DNA from: Aureliella sp.
GTDB taxonomy: Bacteria > Planctomycetota > Planctomycetia > Pirellulales > Pirellulaceae
Reading direction: 5' to 3'
Length of the DNA: 64,000 nt
Assembly (NCBI GenBank): GCA_963691875.1
Contig: OY829846.1
Span: forward strand, 2,560,001 to 2,624,000
A program made the position numbers and the translations under genes. The stretch's first letter is position 1. The number at the start of each line of letters is the position of its first letter. Below the pieces are notes generated by a model. The model had not been told where the DNA came from. It worked only from the letters and a program-made list of their open reading frames with translations, and searched no databases. Positions 31,307 through 41,164 of this stretch are shown in pieces.

Positions 31307-32488
31307 CTAATTGGCTTCGCCCGCCAAACGCATGATCCAACCTTCCGTCTTGCCTTGAGGGTTGGTCCCAGAACCAACAATCGTTCTACCATCGGCGGAG
31401 ACGTCACGTGCCAATTTTAACACCCAGCCGTTGAGGTCTAGTCCGGCATCCACGGCGAGTGATTGAAGGTCTCGTATTCCAGTGTCTTGTGTCCAAATGA
31501 ATGCCCTGGGATCTTCTTTCCCACTGACCCACACGACAATGCGTCCATCATCGGAGATTCCGTTCGCGAGACTGATTTCGTGCCGCTGTAAATGGCCGAG
31601 TCCACGCATGCCTCGCACAGCATCCCAGATATAGGCCTGAGCTCCTACCTGCGTTCCTCTCTTCTTTTCACTGCGTCCTACCACGCACCGGCCCTGACGT
31701 GATACATCCATCGCCATGCTAGACAGGTGCCCCGGCAGGACCCCCATCGCCTGGAGCTCTCCCGTGCGGAGAGCCCGAGAGGCCGTTCTGCGGCCTCGTT
31801 TTCCGTTTGAGAACCGCAGGGGCCCGTCCTCGGTATATTCGACACCGAGCCCAACCGCGGCCGTGCCATCCGACGAAATCCCCCAGACATCTTTGGGGAC
31901 GATTGTGCTGGAGGCCGGCAACATATTGAGGCCTTAAGACCGCGTCCAGGCGAAGCCAAACCCGCCGGCGACGCCACGCACTTTGGCCGAGACCTGTCCG
32001 CCAACGATGGTGCCGTCTCCGGAGACTGCGCGCGCCGCACTAGAGGGGAACCCACCCGGCAACGTTCCCAACAAACGAATTCCGCTCTCAGCGGTCCAGA
32101 CATAACCCTGGGACATGTTCACACCGCGAAATGACTCAGTGCTCGAAGATTCTCCGACTACCGTTCTTCCATCGGATGACACATCTTGGGCGATACTCCG
32201 ATACCTTTTCTCTGGATGTGCTGGAGGTATTTCCGTAATGCCGCCTTGCTCAGTCCAGTGCAGCGCGACCGTTCCTTGAGCATTGGCACCCGTTCCTACG
32301 ACCACTCGGCCATCGGCCGATACCGCTGTTGCGGTACTGTTAAATTCCCCGCCAGGTGCGTCGCCAAGCGGAATGAACCTGACAGGCCTGATCTGGCCAT
32401 AAGACAAGTTGGGGCCACTGACGAACATGAATGCGCAGCAACCCAAGGCAAGGACACTGGCCAGTCTTGCAGTACGGAAGACAAGCAT
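31307..32488 (-). pseudogene. Secreted HAF-repeat (beta-propeller-like) protein interrupted by an in-frame TAA at 31934-31936
   Basis: Both ORFs are in the same frame; repeats SxAxAVSADGRVVVG / AFIWT..G. Confidence 0.8.
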
Positions 32489-32866
32489 CTGGTTTTCTTT
32501 CCTGATGTGGCGTTTCAGGTTTATTGGTCAATTCTCGTCGGGTACCGAGACTAACGAGCCCGTTTATGGCTTTAATCAGGGCGTTTGCCGAGTTGCTTGA
32601 GCGGCCTCCGCCGCGTGACGCATTTTGACCACCAACGCCTACTGGCAGCCGCCGTAAAACTTAAGGAATTTGGCGGTTCTTGTAAGTCGCTATTCTAGCT
32701 CAACTTGAGCTGATTGAAATCGCGAGACCTGGTCGCGTGATTTCGAGACTCTCGGCTCCAATCGAGACTTTTCGGGACTCCGCGGACCGACACCGCGTCA
32801 CGCGAATTGTCTGGCGAGATTCGCGTCTATAGTAGCGAATTCCTGTGTACTTGCACAAAACGATCA

Positions 32867-32927
32867 AGGCCCGCCAGCATTCACTGACGGGCCTTGTGTT
32901 CATCGAGACGGGTTGTGGGGCCCGTCT
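32867..32927 (-). terminator. Two hairpins immediately downstream of ssrA (island-end copy 3)
   Basis: agacggg-ttgtgggg-cccgtct and aggcccgccag...ctgacgggcct. Confidence 0.55.
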
Positions 32928-32930
32928 TAG

Positions 32931-33287
32931 TGGAGGCGGCGGGAATCGAACCCGCGTCCCGCGATATTTCCATGAAAGCCTCTACGTGCGTAGCTAATTG
33001 TTTAAGTCTCGCTTGCCCAGCCGCCTATCAGCAAGGCTGCCATTCAAGCCAGCCGGGAGCAATTTTTAGTCCCTCACGTGCCCGACACGGTGAAGAACGA
33101 TCCAGAATTGCGACTGGCAGTTGGGCGTCTCTGGCGAACCCCCTCAGCCAGGGCAACCTGCTTAGGCTGCCATTGCTAGACTATTGTCTGCAACTAAATT
33201 TTGCGGTCAGCTTTTAACGTGGCCAACTGACCAACCACGGCACGCCACCTTCATTTCTAGCTACCCGGTCGAATCCATTTCGCCCCC
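32931..33287 (-). ncRNA. ssrA: tmRNA; proteolysis tag (A)ADNSLAMAA*
   Basis: 5' GGGGGCGAAATGGATTCGAC; 3' GACGCGGGTTCGATTCCCGCCGCCTCCA (T-arm and acceptor stem, CCA not encoded); tag ORF 33191-33162. Confidence 0.95.
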
Positions 33288-33498
33288 AGCAAGAGAAGAT
33301 TGCTCTTCAGCGAGTTTTTCTCGAAAGGTTGTTTCGAGCCGACTCCCCGAAAGTTTCGGTTTGTCAACTTCTCCAACTACAAGAAAACTTGCCACTCAAC
33401 AATTATCTGCCACATGCACAGAAATTCAAGTCGTCCACCCGCCTATGCTAAAGAGCTAGAGACCGCTCATAGGTCCTGCAGGTTCGGGAAAGTTGTGC

Positions 33499-33597
33499 AT
33501 GACACGCATAGCGGAATGACACGCATAGCGGAATGACACGCATAGCAGAATGCCACGCATAGCAGAATGCCACGCATAGCAGAATGCCACGCATAGC
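33499..33597 (+). repeat. 17-bp tandem repeat, about 6 copies, no spacers
   Basis: atg(a/c)cacgcatagc(g/a)ga starting at 33499, 33516, 33533, 33550, 33567 and 33584. Confidence 0.95.
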
Positions 33598-33791
33598 GCC
33601 GGTTCTCGGAGACCGAGCCCTTGGATTAGAATAAGAGACGTTGGCAAGAACATGGTTACCTTTAGGAGCTCGGCCGAGCCGCGTAGCTCAAGGCAACCTG
33701 GTGGCCCTAGCTAGACGTAATAGAACTGAGCGGTACGCCACGAGTCTTGACGCATTCCACTAACAAACTCCGATCTGGCGTAGATACTAAG

Positions 33792-35225
33792 ATGCACGAT
33801 CCGGCAACGCGACGATGGTTTCTGTCCCAATGTGGAGTTGGACTGGGATCGATCGCGGCATCGCAATTGCTTGGCCCAAGCGCCGTTGGTTGTGAAAATG
33901 AAGCTGCCGGGTTGAAAAAGCCTGCGGGTCCTTTGGCGGCTCATGAACCTCATTTTCCAGGCAAGGCAAAAGCTGTCATCCACTTGTTCATGTGTGGTGC
34001 GCCAAGTCAGCTGGAGCTGTTCGATGAAAAACCACTGTTGAAGGAGCTCGAAGGCAAGCCACTCCCTCCATCTGTCATCGGCGATCAGCGCTATGCCTTC
34101 ATTCAGCCCAACGCGGCTGTTTTAGGGCCACAGTTCAAATTCGCGAGGCACGGGCAATCGGGTGCCTTAATCTCGGAGATGTTACCGCACACAGCCAAGG
34201 TCGCTGATAAGCTGTGCTTCGTCAAATCGATGCACACAGACCAGTTCAATCACGCGCCGGCTCAGCTGTTTTTCAACTCGGGATTCTCTCAGCCAGGCCG
34301 CCCAAGCTTCGGTTCCTGGGTCGTTTATGGGCTCGGAGCGGAGACAGAAGAGCTGCCAGCTTTTGTGGTGATGAGTACCGGTGCGGGATTGAGTGCTGGA
34401 ACTTCGCTTTGGTCCAGCGGATTCTTACCGACTGTTTACACCGGAGTTCGTTTCCGCAGCCAAGGTGCTCCGATTCTGAACCTAGAGAACCCGTCGGGCG
34501 TGAGCAACCAGTTGCAAAGTGATACTTTCGAGCTGATCCGCAAGATGAACCAGCGTCAACTAGAACAAGTGGGCGACCCGGAGATTCGCACGCGAATCGA
34601 GAGTTTCGAGATGGCCGCCAAGCTGCAAACTTCGGCTCCCGACTTGATGGAACTCTCGCAGGAGACTCAAGCCACGCTTGACATGTATGGCTGCGATCCG
34701 GCGAAGCAGTCCTTCGCGCGTGCTTGTTTGCTCGCCCGTCGCATGGTGGAACGCGGTGTGCGTTACATCAATATTTTTCACAGCGGTTGGGATGCTCACA
34801 GCAATGTCGTGGGCAATATCCGAAATAACACCAAGAAGACGGATCAGGCTTCCGCAGCACTCGTTCAGGACTTGGCGCAGCGTGGCATGCTGGACGACAC
34901 ACTGGTCGTCTGGGGCGGCGAGTTTGGTCGGACACCGATGGTCGAAACGAATCCGGCATTGGGACGCAAGCAAGGTCGCGACCACCACCCTCAAGCATTC
35001 ACGATGTGGATGGCGGGTGGCGGCATCAAGCCAGGGATGACACTTGGAGCTACGGATGAATTTGGTTTTCATGTGACGGAATCACCCGTCCACGTACATG
35101 ACCTGCAAGCTACTTTGTTACACTGCCTTGGGTTCGACCATGAGCGTCTGACTTACCATCACGCTGGCCGCGACTTCCGTCTGACCGATGTTCACGGCGA
35201 AGTGGTCAAAGAGATTCTCGCGTAA
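33792..35225 (+). CDS. DUF1501 family protein
   Basis: TRRWFL; KAKAVIHLFMCGAPSQLELFD; LLARRMVERGVR; TLVVWGGEFGRTP; GRDHHP; RLTDVHGEVVKEIL. Confidence 0.92.
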   Translation: MHDPATRRWFLSQCGVGLGSIAASQLLGPSAVGCENEAAGLKKPAGPLAAHEPHFPGKAKAVIHLFMCGAPSQLELFDEKPLLKELEGKPLPPSVIGDQRYAFIQPNAAVLGPQFKFARHGQSGALISEMLPHTAKVADKLCFVKSMHTDQFNHAPAQLFFNSGFSQPGRPSFGSWVVYGLGAETEELPAFVVMSTGAGLSAGTSLWSSGFLPTVYTGVRFRSQGAPILNLENPSGVSNQLQSDTFELIRKMNQRQLEQVGDPEIRTRIESFEMAAKLQTSAPDLMELSQETQATLDMYGCDPAKQSFARACLLARRMVERGVRYINIFHSGWDAHSNVVGNIRNNTKKTDQASAALVQDLAQRGMLDDTLVVWGGEFGRTPMVETNPALGRKQGRDHHPQAFTMWMAGGGIKPGMTLGATDEFGFHVTESPVHVHDLQATLLHCLGFDHERLTYHHAGRDFRLTDVHGEVVKEILA

Positions 35226-35302
35226 CCTCGCCTAAACCATCCTCTCCATCCAGAGCCGTTTCCTCTTGTAGAGAAACGACCTAAACGCATAGGAGTGTTC
35301 GC

Positions 35303-37696
35303 ATGCGCAAGCCTCACCTTTATCTTCTGTACGCCTTCGCGATTTCCTTCCTTTGCTGTCCCTATTTGAAGACTGCGTTGGGCCAAGCCGACTACATCGC
35401 CAATGTAGATCGCCAGCCCTTGGAAGCATCGATTGAACGTGTGATTCAAGCCTTGGAGATCGCGGGAAGCCCGTTGCCCAAAGAAGCTCTGCAAGCGATC
35501 AAAGAGCTGAAGGCGAGCGAGCGCGATCCGCAAGTCGTTAGGCAGCTGCAAGCGATTCTAGATCCATTCTGCCTACTAGAAGTCAACATCAACCCGGAGA
35601 GTCGTGTCAAAGTAAAGCGGCTTACTCGGCCTGCCGTTCTCGACCAACGCGGCTGGACTAATTTCTTGGTGAAAGTGCACAACGAGGCGGGTGTAACGGC
35701 AGCGCTAGAATGTCTTAGCAAGCAGGCTTTGCCGATGGTGCGTCGCAGTAGCTCCAAGCCCGATCCCAAGATTGATATTTTACCAGCCGACGCAGCTAGG
35801 CGATGGTTGGATATCGCCAGCGTGAACTCGCACCCGATGACGCCAACACTTTCTGGGCTAGCCGTCGAATACCGGATCATCCAGTTGTACAGTCGTGATG
35901 CTGGCAAGCGTGAAGCAACTTTGGAAATGCATGTCGGACAAGGCACACAGGACCTGGGCTTTCGCTCGGAAGTTCCCATTCTGTTCGAATGCCGCCCATC
36001 AATCGAAGTGCCACTTGAAGTGCTTGACGAGAAGGGCGAGCCGACGACCTGCAGCCTGCTGATAAAAGATGAATTAGGACGCGTTTACCCGAATCCATCT
36101 CGTCGACTTGCGCCGGACTTCTTCTTTCATCAGCAAGTTTATCGTTCGCATGGCGAATCGATTTTGCTCGCTCCAGGCAAGTACAACATTGTGGCGTATC
36201 GTGGCCCTGAATATCACGAGGTGCCGCTACAGCTGGAAGTAGTAGACCAAGCAAGTGCCGCACCAATGCGGATTGAACTGAAGCGATGGATTCACATGAC
36301 GAAGCTTGGCTGGTTCTCCGGTGATCACCATGTTCATGCGGCTGGGTGCGCTCACTACGAAAACCCAACAGAAGGCGTGTCGCCGAAGGACATGATGCGG
36401 CACATTGTGGGCGAGGACTTAAACGTGGGCTGCGTGCTCAGTTGGGGGCCATGCTGGTACTTCCAAAAGCAGTTCTTTGACGGGCAAGTATCGCCGCTCT
36501 CTCAGCCCGGGAATCTGATGCGCTACGATGTCGAGGTGAGTGGTTTTCCTTCTTCGCATGCCGGACACTTGTGCTTGCTGAATCTTGAAGAAGACGACTA
36601 TCCTGGAACCAAAAGCATTGAAGAGTGGCCGACATGGACGCAGCCCGTATTGGCTTGGGGCAAGAAGCAAGGCGGTGTGGTGGGCTACAGTCACAGCGGT
36701 TGGGGATTGGCGTTGCCCGATTATTTGCCGAATGGACAGCGCGGTCGATATCCTCGGACTTGGGGCGGAAACGGTCCCGGGGCAGGTAAAGCAGCTGACA
36801 AGTTACCTGACTTCGCAATGCCCCCTTTCGATGGGATCGGAGCGAACGAGTTCATCGTGACGGCAACGACCGGTGTCTGCGATTTTATCAGTGCTGTCGA
36901 TACGCCAGTGATCTGGGAGCTCAATATTTGGTACCACACGCTCAACTGTGGTTTCACATCACGCATCAGCGGAGAGACGGATTTTCCTTGTATCTACGGC
37001 GAACGCGTCGGCTTGGGGCGAAGCTATGTGCAGATCGATGACACGACCGCAGCGACGCTAAAGTACGCGGATTGGGTCCAAGGCATTCGAGATGGCAGAA
37101 GCTACGTTTCGGATGGACTCAGTCACTTGGTGAGTTTTTCTGTCGGCGATCACCGATTAGGAACCCGTGGCAAATCCGGCGAAGCAAGTCGTCTGGACAT
37201 TGCCAAACCGAATAAGCAAGTGATTCGCTGCCAAGTCGCGGCGATGTTGACGGAGAAGCAAACCGAACTTGGCAAGCAGATTCGCAATCGTCGTTTGGAC
37301 ATGAAGCCCTATTGGCACTTGGAGCGGGCACGAGTTGGCCAAAGCCGAAACGTGCCGGTGGAAGTAATTATCAACGGCCAAGCTGTCGAGCGTCAAGAAA
37401 TACCGGCCGACGGCGCAGTGCATGACTTGGAGTTTGAGGTCGACATTGAGCGGTCTTCTTGGGTTGCCGTTCGTGTACTGCCTTCCATGCACAGCAATCC
37501 GATTTTCGTCCACGTTGCGGAAGAACCGATTCGAGCCAGCAAGAAGAGCGCAGAATGGTGTAAGGAAGCTGTCGATGTTTGCTGGGGAAAGAAACGCGGG
37601 TTGATCCGGCCCGAGGAGATCGGCGCAGCCAAAGAGGCTTACGATTCCGCGAGGGCTACCTACACCAAGATCGCGGAGGTAGCGTTCGAGAATTAG
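35303..37696 (+). CDS. Secreted CehA/McbA-like (PHP-type) metallohydrolase
   Basis: GWFSGDHHVH, SHAGHL, YSHSGWG, WYHTLNCG, SGETDFPC, GLGRSYV. Confidence 0.7.
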   Translation: MRKPHLYLLYAFAISFLCCPYLKTALGQADYIANVDRQPLEASIERVIQALEIAGSPLPKEALQAIKELKASERDPQVVRQLQAILDPFCLLEVNINPESRVKVKRLTRPAVLDQRGWTNFLVKVHNEAGVTAALECLSKQALPMVRRSSSKPDPKIDILPADAARRWLDIASVNSHPMTPTLSGLAVEYRIIQLYSRDAGKREATLEMHVGQGTQDLGFRSEVPILFECRPSIEVPLEVLDEKGEPTTCSLLIKDELGRVYPNPSRRLAPDFFFHQQVYRSHGESILLAPGKYNIVAYRGPEYHEVPLQLEVVDQASAAPMRIELKRWIHMTKLGWFSGDHHVHAAGCAHYENPTEGVSPKDMMRHIVGEDLNVGCVLSWGPCWYFQKQFFDGQVSPLSQPGNLMRYDVEVSGFPSSHAGHLCLLNLEEDDYPGTKSIEEWPTWTQPVLAWGKKQGGVVGYSHSGWGLALPDYLPNGQRGRYPRTWGGNGPGAGKAADKLPDFAMPPFDGIGANEFIVTATTGVCDFISAVDTPVIWELNIWYHTLNCGFTSRISGETDFPCIYGERVGLGRSYVQIDDTTAATLKYADWVQGIRDGRSYVSDGLSHLVSFSVGDHRLGTRGKSGEASRLDIAKPNKQVIRCQVAAMLTEKQTELGKQIRNRRLDMKPYWHLERARVGQSRNVPVEVIINGQAVERQEIPADGAVHDLEFEVDIERSSWVAVRVLPSMHSNPIFVHVAEEPIRASKKSAEWCKEAVDVCWGKKRGLIRPEEIGAAKEAYDSARATYTKIAEVAFEN

Positions 37697-38278
37697 AGCC
37701 CCGCAGCGAAAGTCGTCGTAGCACGAATTCGATTGACGAGATCATTTTTGCTCGCAGCACAGAGCCGATCTGATAGATGAATCCGAGGAGACATTCTCAA
37801 CACGCACCTCCTCGATACATCTCCGACGTTCTTTTCAAGATGAGGAGATTGCGATGTTGAGTTCGTTTAACTCGGCCCTTCGCTCCCCCACTTTCGTGTC
37901 GCTATCCTGCTCCTTTGTTGGCGACCAAGTAGTGCTGTCGACTAAATTCACAAAGCATGGCCAGCTAGCTCCAAGTGGATATAATGCTTCACCTATCGCG
38001 AACGGCTTTGCCAACAACTTTGCGGAGCAGTAGGTGCTGTGGGCGGTCGATGCGAACTGGAAAACGCTCCGGCTGATTTTCGCGAGTGGTGGCGTCAGTA
38101 TGGTGCCTACACGATTTTGCGAGATTCCCCAGCGTGAACAGAAGTTCCCTCGCCGCTCCCCCGAAGGCCGCTAGCATGCCAGTATCAGAAAACAAATTCT
38201 TGATAGTGGTAGTAAGAAGGAGATCTCGGACAGAACCTAAGATCCTGACACCTCCGCTTCGTTGAGATTTTCTTGCAG

Positions 38279-38316
38279 AAAAAAACAAACAGCCTCGGGT
38301 GTGGCCCCGAGGCTGC
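38279..38316 (-). terminator. Rho-independent terminator of ahcY
   Basis: cagcctcggg...cccgaggctg stem followed on the minus strand by TTTGTTTTTTTT. Confidence 0.8.
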
Positions 38317-38378
38317 TTGGAGGAGAGGTATTTTCCAAAGCTGCGGACTCATCTCGCAACCATCGAATGACTAACGGC

Positions 38379-39905
38379 CTAGTAGCGGTAGTGGGTTGGC
38401 TTGTAAGGGCCTTCTACCGGAACGCCGATGTAGTCAGCTTGCTCTTGCGAGAGCGTGGTAAGCTTCACACCGAGCTTCTCCAGATGCAAGCGAGCCACTT
38501 CTTCGTCCAATCGCTTTGGCAATACGTAAACCTTGTTTTCGTACTCGCCCGTGTCCTTCTTCTCCCACAACTCTAGCTGAGCCAAAGTTTGATTGGTGAA
38601 GCTAGCACTCATCACAAAGCTTGGGTGACCTGTCGCACAACCTAGGTTCAGTAGTCGGCCTTCGGCGAGGATCAGGATGCTGCGTCCAGTCTCGGTGAAG
38701 GTGAATTGGTCATACTGAGGTTTGATGGTGTTGCGAGTTACCTTGCCCTCGTCTTCCAGCTTCTGCAGGCCAGCCATGTCAATTTCGTTGTCGAAGTGAC
38801 CGATGTTGCCAACGATGGCGCCCGTCTTCATCTGCGCCATGTGTGACGCAGAAATGATATCCTTGTTGCCAGTTGTGGTAACGAAAATATCGGCGAATCC
38901 AAGCACGTCTTCCAGTGGCTTGACTTCGTAACCTTCCATCGCAGCCTGCAGAGCACAGATGGGATCGATCTCAGTTACGATGACGCGGCAACCTTGGCCA
39001 CGTAAAGATTGGCAACTACCTTTGCCAACATCGCCGAAGCCGCAGACAACTGCGACCTTACCACCCATCATCACGTCGCTAGCTCGGTTCAAGCCATCGA
39101 TTAACGAGTGGCGACAACCATATACGTTATCGAACTTCGCTTTGGTAACAGAGTCATTCACATTGATAGCAGGGAACAGCAGGCTGCCTTCATTTTCCAT
39201 CTCGTACAAGCGGTGAACCCCAGTGGTGGTTTCTTCGCTGACGCCGCGAACGTGCTTGGCCATTTCCGTCCATTTGCCTGGATTTTGCTCAAGCTCCTTG
39301 CGAAGCAGCTCAAGGATCACTCCCCATTCTTCTGGTTCGTTGTCCGCATCGAACGCAGGAACAACGCCAGCCGCTTCGTACTCAACTCCCTTGTGAATCA
39401 GCATGGTGGCGTCACCACCGTCGTCGACGATCATGTCAGGACCGGTGCTGTCTGGCCACACAAGTGCTTCGTTGGTGCACCACCAATACTCTTCCAGCGT
39501 TTCGCCCTTCCAAGCCCAAACGGGTGTTCCGCTTGGATTTTCCAGAGTGCCGTCCGTGCCGACGACAACTGCCGCAGCAGCGCTATCTTGAGTCGAGAAG
39601 ATGTTGCAGCTTACCCAGCGAACATCGGCACCCAGCGAGTCAAGGGTTTCGATCAGAACAGCAGTTTGCACCGTCATGTGCAAGGAGCCCATGATCTTGA
39701 CGCCCGCCAGTGGCTGCTTTTCTCCATATCGCGCTCGCAGAGCCATTAGGCCTGGCATTTCCTCTTCCGCTAGTGCGATTTCGTTGCGACCAAGGTCGAC
39801 CAACGCTTGTGCCCCTTCACGCTTGCCTTCTGCAAGCAGATCAAAAGCGCGAACCTTGTAAGGCAATCGCTCCGTCGCAGTTGCGGGTTCAGTAACAGTA
39901 CTCAT
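38379..39905 (-). CDS. ahcY: Adenosylhomocysteinase (SAH hydrolase)
   Basis: [60 protein letters not shown]. Confidence 0.97.
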   Translation of the reverse strand: MSTVTEPATATERLPYKVRAFDLLAEGKREGAQALVDLGRNEIALAEEEMPGLMALRARYGEKQPLAGVKIMGSLHMTVQTAVLIETLDSLGADVRWVSCNIFSTQDSAAAAVVVGTDGTLENPSGTPVWAWKGETLEEYWWCTNEALVWPDSTGPDMIVDDGGDATMLIHKGVEYEAAGVVPAFDADNEPEEWGVILELLRKELEQNPGKWTEMAKHVRGVSEETTTGVHRLYEMENEGSLLFPAINVNDSVTKAKFDNVYGCRHSLIDGLNRASDVMMGGKVAVVCGFGDVGKGSCQSLRGQGCRVIVTEIDPICALQAAMEGYEVKPLEDVLGFADIFVTTTGNKDIISASHMAQMKTGAIVGNIGHFDNEIDMAGLQKLEDEGKVTRNTIKPQYDQFTFTETGRSILILAEGRLLNLGCATGHPSFVMSASFTNQTLAQLELWEKKDTGEYENKVYVLPKRLDEEVARLHLEKLGVKLTTLSQEQADYIGVPVEGPYKPTHYRY

Positions 39906-39950
39906 AAAGAGTTCCTTTATTGTAAAAAAGAGATTAATTCTGTTGCTCAG

Positions 39951-40928
39951 CTACCTGAGCGTTGGTTTAGCTGATTTGGTTTTCGAATGACCGTGAGCCA
40001 CTGCCGCAAATAACGCAGGGCCCGTTCCATTCGGGTCAGGCGGCAAGACGTGGTGTTGGATCAGGCTTAGGTTCGCCTGAGACAACCAGGTTTGCAGTTC
40101 CTCTTGTTCTACTCCCAATCGCACATGCCCAAGGTCATGGCGATAAGCAGTTCGTTCGTGAGGGATTAAATCCATGATGACGAGCGTTCCTTCCGGCTTG
40201 AGCACTCGAGCCGCTTCAGCCAAAACATTCACTGGGTCATCGATGTACGGCAAAACCAAGACAAGCCAGGCGATATCGACGCATGCCTCATCGAGGGTAG
40301 TATCCGACAATTCAGCATGGAGCAACCGTATGTTCTTTTCTCGCCCCACCGCCGCGTTCTCAGCGATGTGTTGACGAGCCGCTTGAAGCATGGCTTCCGA
40401 ACTGTCGATCGCCAAGGCTTCTTTTACAAACGGTGACACCAAACGGCACAATGGCGCGGAACCGCAACCAAGCTCAGCAACCACCAAGTCTTGCGACAAC
40501 GTTGCGGCGAGCACAAAGCTATCAATTTGCTTGCCAAACAAATCAACTCGCAGGTTGTCCCATTGCTCGGCCGTCGAGCTGAAAAATTCTTCGCTCCGCG
40601 ACCTCTGCGACAAAACCTGAATAAGACGCTGCCCGTCCTCCTGTGTCGTAGGGGACTCAGCTTGCTCATGCACCCACTCCCATAGGCTTCTGCGGGAGTC
40701 GCACCAGCCGTTTAAGTGGTACAGGTGATTTGTGCCTTCCCGCCGATTTTCCACCCATCCGTCGGCGGCTAAGACTTTGAGGTGCCGGCTAACGGTACTC
40801 TGGGGCAATTGGAGCACGGAACAAAGCTCAGAAACCGACAACTCCTGCCCGTCCAGTAGACGAAGCAGGCGCACGCGGGTACTGTCGGAAAGCGTTTGAA
40901 GCCAATCAAGCGAGGCCGAAACCATCAA
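39951..40928 (-). CDS. sahR: ArsR-HTH plus SAM-methyltransferase-like regulator (SahR/SamR type)
   Basis: LSDSTRVRLLRLL...LSVSELCSVLQLPQSTVSRHLKVL; FFSSTAEQWD; ELGCG; directly upstream of ahcY. Confidence 0.8.
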   Translation of the reverse strand: MMVSASLDWLQTLSDSTRVRLLRLLDGQELSVSELCSVLQLPQSTVSRHLKVLAADGWVENRREGTNHLYHLNGWCDSRRSLWEWVHEQAESPTTQEDGQRLIQVLSQRSRSEEFFSSTAEQWDNLRVDLFGKQIDSFVLAATLSQDLVVAELGCGSAPLCRLVSPFVKEALAIDSSEAMLQAARQHIAENAAVGREKNIRLLHAELSDTTLDEACVDIAWLVLVLPYIDDPVNVLAEAARVLKPEGTLVIMDLIPHERTAYRHDLGHVRLGVEQEELQTWLSQANLSLIQHHVLPPDPNGTGPALFAAVAHGHSKTKSAKPTLR

Positions 40929-40994
40929 AAACCCTTGAAATCGAAGGATTTATTACCTCATATCTGTTCTTTCGGCCGCAACAGGCGACCATTC

Positions 40995-41044
40995 ATCCGT
41001 CCATCCGGATAATCAATTATTGATCCGAGGCAAGGCTCGGTCAA
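40995..41044 (-). promoter_or_regulatory. Sigma-70-like promoter with a downstream palindromic operator candidate
   Basis: TTGACC(41044-41039)-N17-AATAAT(41021-41016); ATCCG-N6-CGGAT at 40995-41010. Confidence 0.55.
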
Positions 41045-41164
41045 GTCAAACTTAGGGGAACAGACAAGAGTGCTTGCAACGGCGGACGGAAGGCCAGGAA
41101 AGAGTGGGGGCCAGCGTCGATAGGGGAGCCGGAGTACGGATATAAGCTACTCGTTAAAAGCTGA

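Noticed and set aside
31934..31936. Recoded stop in the HAF-repeat gene
   Set aside because: The codon is TAA, not TGA/TAG, and is not at a catalytic position; a nonsense mutation in a decaying island is simpler.
33499..33597. CRISPR array
   Set aside because: The units are contiguous 17-mers with no unique spacers, and there are no cas genes in the window.
37760..38260. Functional gene between the metallohydrolase and ahcY
   Set aside because: Only short ORFs; one broken + strand frame is vaguely DUF1598-like but too weak to call.
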